Source: Candidatus Dormiibacterota bacterium
GTDB taxonomy: Bacteria > Chloroflexota > Dormibacteria > CF-121
Reading direction: 5' to 3'
NCBI GenBank assembly: GCA_035544955.1
Contig: DASZZN010000034.1
Location: 71,700 to 135,699 of the forward strand
Length of the DNA: 64,000 bases
Made by a program: the position numbers and the translations under genes. Positions 10,008-18,878 of the stretch are shown piece by piece. Within the stretch, counting starts at the first letter, position 1, and each line of letters starts with the position of its first letter. Below the pieces are notes generated by a model. It worked only from the letters and a program-made list of their open reading frames with translations. It ran no database searches and was not told where the DNA came from.

Positions 10008-10814
10008 ATGAGTATTGTCACGCGGCCCGGCGAGCCGGGCCTCGGTACGCAGACGCAGGGCTTTGCGATCGTCGTCGAGGGATTGCGCAAGCGTTACGGC
10101 AGCCTGATCGCCGTCGACGGTATCTCGTTCCGGGTCAAGGAGCGAGAGATCTTTGGACTGCTGGGTCCCAATGGTGCCGGCAAAACGACGACGGTTGAGA
10201 TCCTCGAAGGCTTGCGCAGCGCCGACGACGGCCAGGCGCTCGTGGGTGGCATCGACGTTCGCAGGGATCCCCAGAGGGTCAAGAACGTGATCGGGGTGCA
10301 GCTCCAATCGTCCGCCTTCTTCGACGGCCTGAGCCTGATCGAACTGCTGGACCTGTTCGCCGCCCTCTATAGGCGAACGGTCGACGCCATGGCCATCCTC
10401 AAGAAAGTCGACCTTGCCGAGAAGGCGCGCTCGAAGGTGAGCACACTGTCCGGCGGCCAGAAGCAGCGCTTCAGCATCGCCACAGCGCTCGTCAACGAGC
10501 CACAAATCCTGTTTCTCGACGAGCCGACGACTGGACTCGACCCGCAGGCACGCCGGAACCTCTGGGAGCTGGCGCAATCGATCCGTGCCGAGGGCCGGAC
10601 GATTTTTCTCACCACCCACTACATGGACGAGGCACAGACCCTCTGCGATCGGGTCGCGATCATGGACCACGGCAAGATCCTGGCGATGGAGCCGCCCGAC
10701 GCGTTGATACAGCGGCTCCTCGACAAGGGATTTCAGGGTGAGCGGGTGGAGCGATCGGCCAACCTCGAGGACGTCTTCCTCGACATGACCGGTCACGGAC
10801 TTCGCGAAAGCTAG
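10008..10814 (+). CDS. ABC transporter ATP-binding protein
   Basis: Walker A GPNGAGKTT, signature LSGGQKQR, Walker B ILFLDEPT. Confidence 0.9.
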   Translation: MSIVTRPGEPGLGTQTQGFAIVVEGLRKRYGSLIAVDGISFRVKEREIFGLLGPNGAGKTTTVEILEGLRSADDGQALVGGIDVRRDPQRVKNVIGVQLQSSAFFDGLSLIELLDLFAALYRRTVDAMAILKKVDLAEKARSKVSTLSGGQKQRFSIATALVNEPQILFLDEPTTGLDPQARRNLWELAQSIRAEGRTIFLTTHYMDEAQTLCDRVAIMDHGKILAMEPPDALIQRLLDKGFQGERVERSANLEDVFLDMTGHGLRES

Positions 10815-10815
10815 C

Positions 10816-11898
10816 GTGAAACGCAGCCCCTTCGTGATGCTGACCTGGTCGTCGCTAAAGGCCTATTTCCGCAACCGCGGTGCCATCTTCTTCAGCCTGC
10901 TGGTGCCGCTGATGATCATGGGCATCTTCGGCTTGATCAACTTTGGCGGGAGCACCGCCTCGGTCAACATCAGCGTCGTCGACCAGGCCCACAACCAGGT
11001 GAGCGACACCATCATCAGCAATCTTCGGGGAATCAAGGCGGTCAAGCTGCACCTGGGCAGCCTGGATGCCGAAAAGCGCGAGCTCACCCAGGGAAACCGC
11101 GACCTGGTCGCGGTCCTTCCGGCGTCCATCGGCCAGGGATCGACCGCCATCGCCGGCTACTACAACCAGGGCAATCCCCAGAATTCGCAGGTCGCGATCG
11201 CGATCATGAACCAATTCATGGATCGAGCCTCCTTTGCCCAGGCCGGCATCGCGCCGGCTTTTACGCTGCAGGCCCAGCCGGTCCAAAGCCGCAACCTGAC
11301 CTACGTCGATTTCCTGGTGCCGGGCATGATTGCCCTGTCGATCATGCAGACCGGACTCTTCGGCGTGGTGTTCACCTTCGTCCAGTGGAAGCAGCGAGGG
11401 ATCCTTCGTCGCCTGATGGCCACGCCCATGCGGGTTCGCGATTTCTTCTTCTCGCAGCTGGTCACCCGGCTAACGACGGTGGCGTTGCAGATTGTGGTCC
11501 TGCTGGCGGTCGGGTTCTTTGTCTTTCACTTCCATTTCGCGGGAAACCTGCTCTACCTGCTGATCGTTGGCATCGTTGGTGGCGGCGTCTTCCTGGCGAT
11601 GGGCCTCGCCATTTCGGGGGCTTCCAAAAGTGAGGAGACCGCGGCGCCAATCGCGAACCTCGTTTCCCTGCCGCTGATGTTCCTCTCCGGCATCTTCTTT
11701 GCGCGCTCCAGCATGCCGGAGTGGCTGCAGACGATCACGCAATACTCGCCGCTGACTTATGTCTCGGACGCCCTGCGCAGCATCAGTGTCGACGGCGCCT
11801 CGCTCTGGGCGGTGCGTGGCGATCTACTCGGTATATTCATCTGGCTCGGGATCACGGTGGTGCTCGCCACCCGTCTATTCAAGTGGGAGGTCGTCTGA
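10816..11898 (+). CDS. ABC-2 type transporter permease
   Basis: Starts 2 nt after the ATPase gene. N-terminal TM segment, a large extracytoplasmic loop, then 5 TM segments (ABC-2 architecture). Confidence 0.85.
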   Translation: MKRSPFVMLTWSSLKAYFRNRGAIFFSLLVPLMIMGIFGLINFGGSTASVNISVVDQAHNQVSDTIISNLRGIKAVKLHLGSLDAEKRELTQGNRDLVAVLPASIGQGSTAIAGYYNQGNPQNSQVAIAIMNQFMDRASFAQAGIAPAFTLQAQPVQSRNLTYVDFLVPGMIALSIMQTGLFGVVFTFVQWKQRGILRRLMATPMRVRDFFFSQLVTRLTTVALQIVVLLAVGFFVFHFHFAGNLLYLLIVGIVGGGVFLAMGLAISGASKSEETAAPIANLVSLPLMFLSGIFFARSSMPEWLQTITQYSPLTYVSDALRSISVDGASLWAVRGDLLGIFIWLGITVVLATRLFKWEVV

Positions 11899-12299
11899 TG
11901 GCAGTTGAGCTCAGCCCGAAAATGCAGGCGTTTACCCAGGAGGTCTTTCCCGCGATCATCGGGACCAACCGCAAGGACGGTTCCGTCGAGATTGTGCCGG
12001 TCTGGTTCGAGCAAAAGCATGGGATCTTCTGGATCAACGGCGGGACCAATCGTGGCTGGTTCAAACACCTACAGCGGGATCCGCGCATCACGCTGCTCTT
12101 GATCGATCCGAAGGAAATGTTCCGCTGGGCGCAGGTCGAGGGGCGCATGGTCAATTGGGCGGAAGACCCCGGCGGGGAGCACATCAATCAGCTCTCGCAT
12201 CGCTACCTCAAGAAGGATTACCAGGGCCCCCGCACCGGCCGGATCAAGATTCAGATCGAGCCGTTACGCGTCACGGGCGCGATCGATGGCTGGCGCTAA
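11898..12299 (+). CDS. PPOX-class (pyridoxamine-5'-phosphate-oxidase-like) probable F420-dependent enzyme
   Basis: ATG 11898 overlaps the permease stop (TGATG). 'PAIIGTNRKDGSVEIVPVWFE...IFWINGGTNR.W.KHLQRDPRITLLLIDP' split-barrel pattern. The track ORF start at 11721 lies inside the permease gene. Confidence 0.75.
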   Translation: MAVELSPKMQAFTQEVFPAIIGTNRKDGSVEIVPVWFEQKHGIFWINGGTNRGWFKHLQRDPRITLLLIDPKEMFRWAQVEGRMVNWAEDPGGEHINQLSHRYLKKDYQGPRTGRIKIQIEPLRVTGAIDGWR

Positions 12300-12699
12300 G
12301 AAGGCAGCGGCGCTCAGCCCGGCGGTTCGGAAGTTGGCGGCGTTGCCGATCCTGGTCGTGATTGCGACCAAACGGGACGACGGCTCCGTGCAGTTGAATC
12401 CGGTGTGGTTCGAGCTGAAAGACGGCTTCGTCTGGCTGAACAGCAACACCAATCGTGCCTGGCCGAAGAACCTGCAACGCGACCGCGAGCTGACGATGCT
12501 CCTCGTCGATCCGAAGACCCCGGACCGCTACGCACAGATCCGAGGTCGCCTGGTCAGCTTGATCCCCGACCCGAAACACGAGGTCATCGATCGCCTCTCC
12601 GATCGCTATACCGGCAAGAAGTTCCGTGAGCTCGAACCCGGCGAACACCGGGTCACCTTCAAGATCCAGCCGGTCACGGTGACCGGGCAGATGATCTAG
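12286..12699 (+). CDS. PPOX-class probable F420-dependent enzyme (paralogue of the preceding gene)
   Basis: 'LVVIATKRDDGSVQLNPVWFELKDGFVWLNSNTNRAWPKNLQRDRELTMLLVDP' is clearly homologous to the preceding ORF. 14-nt overlap with it. Confidence 0.75.
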   Translation: MAGAKKAAALSPAVRKLAALPILVVIATKRDDGSVQLNPVWFELKDGFVWLNSNTNRAWPKNLQRDRELTMLLVDPKTPDRYAQIRGRLVSLIPDPKHEVIDRLSDRYTGKKFRELEPGEHRVTFKIQPVTVTGQMI

Positions 12700-12707
12700 G
12701 CGCCAGC

Positions 12708-14243
12708 GTGATGCCGGAGCTGCTGCCGGCCAACACCCGGGACGCTGACCCGACGCTGCGTCTCCTGCTTAAGGCGTGGCTTCGACGCGAAACCCTCGAC
12801 GTGGTCGAGCCAGCGTTCCGCGAGATGGGTCGGGCCGCTGCCGAAGAGCTCCAGGCGTGGGGGGATGCCTGCGAAGGCCAGCCGGCCTTCTTGCGGTCGT
12901 TCGACGCGTGGGGCGAGCGTGTCGACGAGGTGGTCTACCCGGATGCCTGGCGGCACCTTGCGTCGGTGGCCGCACGAGCTGGGCTGGTTGCGTTGCCATA
13001 CGAGGACCCCTCCCGTCTCGGCGCCGAAGCGCGCCTCGTGCAGGCGGCCCTGTGTTACCTGTTCGCGCCGTCGACCGCAACCTACTTATGTCCGGTCGCG
13101 ATGACCGACGGCGCGGCCCGGGTGCTCACCGATGCGGGCGGCGTCGGGCAGCCGCGTGCGGTGCTCGGGCACTTGATCAGCCGCGATCCCGGCGAGGCGT
13201 GGACATCCGGCCAGTGGATGACCGAACGCCAGGGCGGCTCTGACGTTGGGCAAAACGCCGTCGTCGCCAAACGTGATGGTAATCGCTGGCGTCTCTTCGG
13301 GCAGAAGTTCTTCTGCTCCAACATCGGGTGCGAGGTCGCCCTCGCACTGGCTCGACCGGAGGGCGCTCCGGCCGGAACGCGGGGCCTCGCGCTCTTTCTC
13401 CTGCCACGCGATGGTCCCGACGGCCGCCGCAACCACTATCGCATCGATCGGCTGAAGGACAAGCTGGGAACCCGCGCGATGGCGACCGGTGAAGTCACGC
13501 TCGACGGCGCCGAGGCGGAGCTGGTCGGCGATGCCGACCGTGGCTTCGCGCAAATGACCGCCATGCTCAACATCACGCGGCTGCACAATGCGATCACGGC
13601 TGCGGCAACGATGCGCCGTGCGCTGATGCTGGCGCAGGCATACGCAGCCCAACGCCAGGCGTTCGGTCGAAAGCTCGAGCAGCATCCGCTGCATGCCGAT
13701 GTGCTGCGCGAACTGGCCGCGGAGGCCGACGCCGCGCTCTACCTCACGATGCGGATGGCGCAGCTGCTGGGACGGATCGAGGCGGGGACGACGAAGCCGG
13801 GCGATACCGCGGTCTTTCGAGTCGGCATCGCGCTCGCCAAGCTCTACACCGCGAAGCAGGCGGTGGCCGTCGCGTCCGAAGCGATCGAGTGCTTCGGCGG
13901 TCAAGGCTATATGGAAGACACCGGATTGCCGCGCCTCCTTCGCGATGCCCAGGTGCTACCCATCTGGGAGGGCACCACCAGCGTGCTGGCGCTCGATGTC
14001 CTGCGTGTGCTGCGCAAAGGCGACGCGCTCGACGCCCTGGGCGCGGAGCTCGAACGGCTCGATGCGCCCGAGCGCGAGTCCGCGCTTGACCTGGCGAGCA
14101 AAGCCAGCGCCGTAGACGGCGATAGGGGGGAGTCGTCGGCGCGCCGTCTCGCGTTTTCGCTGGCGCAGTCCTGGATGGGTGGCCTCCTGGCGGAGGCCGG
14201 CGTCGAGATCAGGCCGCGAGGTATCGGGCTGCCGCGGCGGTAA
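12708..14243 (+). CDS. acyl-CoA dehydrogenase family protein (AidB-like)
   Basis: 511 aa. 'MTERQGGSDV', 'FCS' and 'GGQGYMEDTGLPRLLRDAQV..IWEGT' are typical of AidB-like ACADs. Confidence 0.85.
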   Translation: MMPELLPANTRDADPTLRLLLKAWLRRETLDVVEPAFREMGRAAAEELQAWGDACEGQPAFLRSFDAWGERVDEVVYPDAWRHLASVAARAGLVALPYEDPSRLGAEARLVQAALCYLFAPSTATYLCPVAMTDGAARVLTDAGGVGQPRAVLGHLISRDPGEAWTSGQWMTERQGGSDVGQNAVVAKRDGNRWRLFGQKFFCSNIGCEVALALARPEGAPAGTRGLALFLLPRDGPDGRRNHYRIDRLKDKLGTRAMATGEVTLDGAEAELVGDADRGFAQMTAMLNITRLHNAITAAATMRRALMLAQAYAAQRQAFGRKLEQHPLHADVLRELAAEADAALYLTMRMAQLLGRIEAGTTKPGDTAVFRVGIALAKLYTAKQAVAVASEAIECFGGQGYMEDTGLPRLLRDAQVLPIWEGTTSVLALDVLRVLRKGDALDALGAELERLDAPERESALDLASKASAVDGDRGESSARRLAFSLAQSWMGGLLAEAGVEIRPRGIGLPRR

Positions 14244-15465
14244 CGACGCGGGCCGCCTGCACGATTTCGTTCACCGCGATCCACTCGTCAGTGGCGTGCG
14301 CCTGGCGGATATCGCCTGGTCCGTAGAGGATGGCCGGTGTCTCGGCTTCGTGCACCAGCAAGCGCATGTCGGATCCGTACGGAGCACCTACGACCTCGGG
14401 CGGCACATCGAACTCCTGCGTGTGCGCGGCGCGGAGCGCCGCGAAGGCCGGAAGATCCGGGTCAACCTCGACCGCATCGAACTGTCCCCCGTACCACTCG
14501 AGCTGCGGCGGATGCTCACTGAGCCAGCCATCGCGCTGTGCGGCATCGGCGAGGGCCGCGGCAAACTGACGGCGCACCTCCGCCGCCGCCATGCCGACCG
14601 GCACGCCGACGCGACCTTCACACTCCAACTCGTCGGGCACGGTCGACGACCATGAACCCGACCGAATGCGACCGATATTGAGCGCGTAGGCTATCGGGTA
14701 GTCGCGGAAGAGTGGATGTGGCTGCTGATTCAGGGATCGCTCGAGTTGCCGGAGCCGGCCTTCGACCAGCTCGAACTTCTCGATCGCGCTGACGCCCTCG
14801 TAGCGAACCGAGGCGTGCGCCGACCGGCCGCCGATCCGTAGCCGGAACGTCAGTGCGCCGGCCTGCGCCGGGATCAGCCGCAGCCGGGTCGGTTCCAGGA
14901 CGTAGGCGGCATCTGCGCGATAGCCGCGATCCGCCATGGCGAAGGTGCCAATGCCGCCATCCTCCTCGCCGACGACGCTTTGCACAACGAGCCGGCCACG
15001 TAGCGGCAGCCCGCTTTTCTTGAGGGCCGCGGCGGCGCTGATGCCGACCGCGAGGCCCGCCTTCATGTCGCACGCGCCGCGCCCGTACATCCGCCCCGCC
15101 TGAATGTGTGCCGACCAGGGAGAGGCATGCCAGGCCTGGCGGTCTCCGAGCGGGACGACGTCGACGTGGCCGTTGAGGACCAGCGATCGCTCCCCCTTCT
15201 GCCCCAGCAGGCCGGCCACGAGCACGGCCTCCGTCCGCTCCACCTCCATGCCGGGAAATCGTGGATGGGCCTTGAGCCGGCTAACGTCCGCCTCGAAGCG
15301 GTCGACCTCGAGCCCCGCCTCCTCGAGCACGAGCGCCACGAGATCCTGTGCCGCGCGCTCGTTGCCGGTCACCGAAGGGATCCGGACGAGATCCTGCGCC
15401 AGCCGGATGCAGGCGTCCGTGTCGAGCGCTTGCAGCGCCCGGGTCTCTGGTCGCTCGGCGATCAC
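14209..15465 (-). CDS. M20-family ArgE/DapE-type deacylase
   Basis: 'LVLNGHVDVVP', 'GRGACDMK' and 'EEDGG' are metal-binding motifs of M20 peptidases. Its 3' end overlaps the convergent ACAD gene by 35 nt. Confidence 0.85.
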   Translation of the reverse strand: MIAERPETRALQALDTDACIRLAQDLVRIPSVTGNERAAQDLVALVLEEAGLEVDRFEADVSRLKAHPRFPGMEVERTEAVLVAGLLGQKGERSLVLNGHVDVVPLGDRQAWHASPWSAHIQAGRMYGRGACDMKAGLAVGISAAAALKKSGLPLRGRLVVQSVVGEEDGGIGTFAMADRGYRADAAYVLEPTRLRLIPAQAGALTFRLRIGGRSAHASVRYEGVSAIEKFELVEGRLRQLERSLNQQPHPLFRDYPIAYALNIGRIRSGSWSSTVPDELECEGRVGVPVGMAAAEVRRQFAAALADAAQRDGWLSEHPPQLEWYGGQFDAVEVDPDLPAFAALRAAHTQEFDVPPEVVGAPYGSDMRLLVHEAETPAILYGPGDIRQAHATDEWIAVNEIVQAARVVTAAAARYLAA

Positions 15466-15499
15466 GGGGTGAGTGTAGTGGGGTGAGAAGTTGCGCTGC

Positions 15500-16789
15500 C
15501 TATAAGCGGGGTATCTGCTGCTGGCCGTAAATGATCAGATCGACGGGCACGTTCAGAAGACCCGTCAGGCTGTAGACAAAGTTCCAGAACGCGGCGCTCA
15601 CCGGCCCGCCCCGCCAGAGCAGGAAGAAGAGAATCAGCAAGGGCAGCATCCCTAACCGGCTGGCGAGAATACGCAGCTCGATCGACAGCCAGGGGGCGAT
15701 CATTCCGAATCCGTCGAAGCCAGGAATCGGAATCAGGTTGAGCACGATCGCCGTGACCTGGAGGAAGACGAGGAAGGCCAGGGCGGCCCAGAAATGGACG
15801 TCGCCGAATGGCGGGACGCCGCCAAACACGAGGAATGGCCATGCGATCAATACGGCAAACAGGAGGTTGCCGAGCGGGCCTGCGGCCGAGGCGAGCGTGC
15901 GCCAGCGATCGTTGCGAATGGCACGCTCGTTGAGATAGACCGCGCCGCCAGGCAAACCGATCCCGCCAATCAGGAGAAACACAAGTGGCAGGGCGATGCT
16001 GAGCACGGGGTGCGTGTACTTGAGTGGGTTCAGCGAGAGGTAGCCGGCGGACGCGACCGATCGGTCACCACCCAGGAAGGCGACGAACGCGTGGCCGAAC
16101 TCGTGAATGCAGAGTGACGTCACCCAGCCACCGACGACGAGCAAGATGCTCAGCGGGATCGTGAGACCCGGGGCGGCCCCGGACCAGAGCCCGACACCCC
16201 CGATGATCGTGGCACCGAGCGGGATGGCGAAGACCGGGCTCACGCGCACCACGCCATCGAGCGACGGCAGTGGCCGGCTGCGGAGTCCTTTGGTCGCGGA
16301 GCCGGGCGTCGTGAGGTACTGGCGGAGCGCATAAAAGGTCACGCCGGCCTTCTCCAGCACCTCTGCCGTCGATGTCGAGTCCTTATACAAGAGGGCGAGC
16401 AGCATGTGAAGCGGATCCACCCGATAGTGGCCCAGCTGCTCGGCTTCCCGGTGCGCGTGGTTTAGCATGTACCGCGTCGCGCTGCCAATCGGCACCGTCT
16501 TCCAGGATGAGGGTGTGGCGTTGCCAGCACCGACCCGAGGCGTCTCCAGCTGCTCGATGTTCGCCCCCATCGCTTCGAGAGCCCGACGGGCGGGGTTGCG
16601 TGGCAAGAACACGAGGCCATAGAGCACATGCAGGGGTTCGACGGTGGGTGCCCCGGTTTGTGCCGCGAATCGCTGCGCGACTTCGAGCACATCCCGAGCC
16701 GAGTCGGTGAGGGGGATCTCGTTGCTGATCTGCTTCAGCGTCCAACCGTCGGCGGAGCTGCCGCTGGTCGGTTGGGAAGTGGTGGCCAT
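15500..16789 (-). CDS. Clp-N (Clp R) repeat domain fused to an M50 site-2-protease-type intramembrane metalloprotease
   Basis: The N-terminal ~150 aa carry two Clp_N-like repeats (..PLHVLYGLV.. / ..DPLHMLLALL..). The membrane part has HEFGH and LNLIPIPGFDG (NxxPxxxxDG). Confidence 0.8.
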   Translation of the reverse strand: MATTSQPTSGSSADGWTLKQISNEIPLTDSARDVLEVAQRFAAQTGAPTVEPLHVLYGLVFLPRNPARRALEAMGANIEQLETPRVGAGNATPSSWKTVPIGSATRYMLNHAHREAEQLGHYRVDPLHMLLALLYKDSTSTAEVLEKAGVTFYALRQYLTTPGSATKGLRSRPLPSLDGVVRVSPVFAIPLGATIIGGVGLWSGAAPGLTIPLSILLVVGGWVTSLCIHEFGHAFVAFLGGDRSVASAGYLSLNPLKYTHPVLSIALPLVFLLIGGIGLPGGAVYLNERAIRNDRWRTLASAAGPLGNLLFAVLIAWPFLVFGGVPPFGDVHFWAALAFLVFLQVTAIVLNLIPIPGFDGFGMIAPWLSIELRILASRLGMLPLLILFFLLWRGGPVSAAFWNFVYSLTGLLNVPVDLIIYGQQQIPRL

Positions 16790-16841
16790 GGTGCTTAGAA
16801 CGATACGATGCGATGAATTCGGGCGGCCGGCGCCTGAGCGC

Positions 16842-17003
16842 TCAGGGTGTCTTGACGGTGCCGATACGCATCCGGAGCCGCCCCTCGATCTGTCCCAGCA
16901 GCCAGGCGGCGAACTGCTCGTGCGCGGGGTGTTGCTCTCTGACCACTTCCAGCATCTCGTCGTGGATGTGGGTCAGTAGCTTCAGGAACTCGCTGTCGTC
17001 CAT
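16842..17003 (-). CDS. small helical protein (53 aa), below the ORF-track size cutoff
   Basis: ATG 17003 is preceded by GAGGAGGTG with 5-nt spacing. Product: MDDSEFLKLLTHIHDEMLEVVREQHPAHEQFAAWLLGQIEGRLRMRIGTVKTP. Ends 52 nt upstream of the M50 gene on the same strand. Confidence 0.4.
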   Translation of the reverse strand: MDDSEFLKLLTHIHDEMLEVVREQHPAHEQFAAWLLGQIEGRLRMRIGTVKTP

Positions 17004-17073
17004 TCCCCACCTCCTCGGCCTCTGGCATGGTGCACGGGTGGCCGGTGGGCAAATTGTAGACGGCTCCGGGCAA

Positions 17074-17102
17074 CAAAAAAAGCGGTCCGGCGGCCGCTTT
17101 TC
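17074..17102 (-). terminator. intrinsic (bidirectional-looking) terminator after the small membrane protein gene
   Basis: Minus strand: GCGG[CCGCCGGA]CCGC followed by TTTTTTT. There is also a T-tract on the plus side. Confidence 0.6.
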
Positions 17103-17117
17103 CCTTCGGCGACGACG

Positions 17118-17336
17118 TCAGACGTCTGTGTGCTCGACCTCCCTGACCTCGGTGGTGTGGTGGTGCTGCCCGGTGCCCGTGCGCATCGCGACGGACAGCT
17201 GGTAGACGACGCCGATGATCGCCAGCAAGAGCAAGAGGAAGATGAGGGTGCCGCCGATGTGAAAGCCGATGCCGGCCAGCCAGAGAATCACGAGAATCGC
17301 GACGATCGCCCAGATCAGAATTGCCAACGAGTCCAC
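17118..17336 (-). CDS. small membrane protein (2 TM, His-rich tail)
   Basis: MDSLAILIWAIVAILVILWLAGIGFHIGGTLIFLLLLLAIIGVVY.. gives two hydrophobic helices. A strong intrinsic terminator follows. Confidence 0.6.
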   Translation of the reverse strand: MDSLAILIWAIVAILVILWLAGIGFHIGGTLIFLLLLLAIIGVVYQLSVAMRTGTGQHHHTTEVREVEHTDV

Positions 17337-17661
17337 CTCCGTGGCATGGGCCCGCTCGCTTTTGCCCCCGTGATATAAGCGCTATCACCTATTTTGTGTC
17401 AGCAATGACATAGAGTCAAGGGTCGAATGGCATTAGCCGTTAGGGAAACTTGGGGAAGGCGGCTGCCTGAGACCTATCGCACGCTCAGGATGAGGTAGCC
17501 GGAGATCGACAGCAGCACGAAGAGGGCAAGGATGCCCACCGCCGCAAAGGCGGGAAGGGCCGTGCTCTCGCCGTCCGACGCCTCCATGAGGATCAATCCT
17601 GCGCGCCGACATTGAAGCCCTCATGAGGGCACCCTATGAGCTCCCTAAGACGTGCGTCGTC

Positions 17662-17695
17662 AAAAAAGATAAAGGCCGGGCGCGTGCCCGGCCTT
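17662..17695 (-). terminator. intrinsic terminator after the cupredoxin gene
   Basis: Minus strand: AAGGCCGGGC[ACGC]GCCCGGCCTT (10 bp) followed by TATCTTTTTTG. Confidence 0.7.
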
Positions 17696-17716
17696 ATCGA
17701 TTTCCTGAACAGCCGG

Positions 17717-18775
17717 TCAGCTTGCTGCCCGGTCTCCGTGGTTCCCGTTGTCGTCTTCAGGTGCCACCACGGTGACGTGGCCGCTCATTCCGACCACGGT
17801 GCCGTTGGGCAGGATGCCGCCATGGATCGTGCAGTAGAACCCATACGTCCCAGGCGTCGTGAAGGTGATCGTGTACTCGCTCCGGCGTATGAAGCCGGGT
17901 AGCTTCCCAGCCAGGTTCCAGTACTTGAACATGCTCCGGGACATCAGGTACCCGGAGTTCAGGTTGCCGCCGCTGTAGGTTGCGGGTGAGGGGGCCGAGG
18001 CGAAGATCTCACCGGGGGGCGACAGCGGTGCACTCGCGTAGCCAAAGGTGACGCTGTGCGGATCGCCAAAGTTCGCCAGCCTAAAGGTCACCTTTTCCCC
18101 GGCCTGGACGCGGACTTCGGTCGGATAGTAGTTGATCAAGTCGATGGTTCGATCGCCGGCGCCGACCAGGGCGCCGTCTTCGCTATCGCGACGCAGCAAG
18201 GCGGCATTAAGGGCGACCGATCGTGCGATGTCCGCTGCCATCTGCGCGTGTGCCCGCGTCTGGTTCTGAGCATCGGTGCGCGGTAGATCGCCCCGCGTAA
18301 CCCGAATCGAGCCGTGCATGTACTGATGGAGCATGCACTGGAAGTGGTAGGTCCCGTTGGGGAGGTTGGCTCCGATCTTGAGCGTGAATGGTGGCGGCGG
18401 GGGCGATCCCGGTCCACCACCGCCGCCGGGAGTCCCGTTGACGAAAGTGGTGGGCGTGTCCAGGCTAGTGGAGCCGGTCAGGCCCGGCGGAAACACGTAA
18501 TCGAGGACGGATTTCCCGGCTGGCGGGTTGAAGGTGACGGTGTGGAATCCTGCCCAATTGAAATTGACCAGATCACCCGGATGAACGGTGATGTCCGATA
18601 CGTAGAAGCGGTTCAGCGAGGCGAACGACGCGAAGTGTTCGCCGCCAACCGTGATGTTCCACGTCTTCTGGGTGTCAGCCGAGGCGGGAACCGTCGCGAC
18701 GGCGCCAAGTCCTGTGGTTGCCAGGGCCATCGCCAATCCGAGTGTGCGAGCGCGCGCCATCAATGGCAGCATCAA
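17717..18775 (-). CDS. secreted two-domain cupredoxin (plastocyanin/azurin-like copper protein)
   Basis: Signal peptide present. Two C-terminal Cu-ligand loops, 'HFQCMLHQYMHG' and 'FYCTIHGG...GMSGHV'. RBS GAGGAGGAG upstream. Confidence 0.75.
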   Translation of the reverse strand: MMLPLMARARTLGLAMALATTGLGAVATVPASADTQKTWNITVGGEHFASFASLNRFYVSDITVHPGDLVNFNWAGFHTVTFNPPAGKSVLDYVFPPGLTGSTSLDTPTTFVNGTPGGGGGPGSPPPPPFTLKIGANLPNGTYHFQCMLHQYMHGSIRVTRGDLPRTDAQNQTRAHAQMAADIARSVALNAALLRRDSEDGALVGAGDRTIDLINYYPTEVRVQAGEKVTFRLANFGDPHSVTFGYASAPLSPPGEIFASAPSPATYSGGNLNSGYLMSRSMFKYWNLAGKLPGFIRRSEYTITFTTPGTYGFYCTIHGGILPNGTVVGMSGHVTVVAPEDDNGNHGDRAAS

Positions 18776-18807
18776 TGTCCCACTCCTCCTCTGTTAAAGG
18801 GGCCTAA

Positions 18808-18848
18808 GGAAAACGATCCGCCCAGTCTTATCACCGCCTGTGGCGGAT
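18808..18848 (-). terminator. possible terminator after the acyltransferase gene
   Basis: Minus strand: ATCCGCC..(19 nt)..GGCGGAT followed by CGTTTTCC. The loop is long, so this is a weak call. Confidence 0.3.
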
Positions 18849-18878
18849 GTCAATGAGGGAGGCCGCCCAAAGTGCGTT

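Noticed and set aside
8943-10796. 617-aa ORF on the minus strand
   Set aside because: It lies antisense to the well-supported GNAT and ABC ATPase genes. The sequence is Arg/Ala/Gly/Pro/Leu-rich without motifs, typical of high-GC shadow ORFs.
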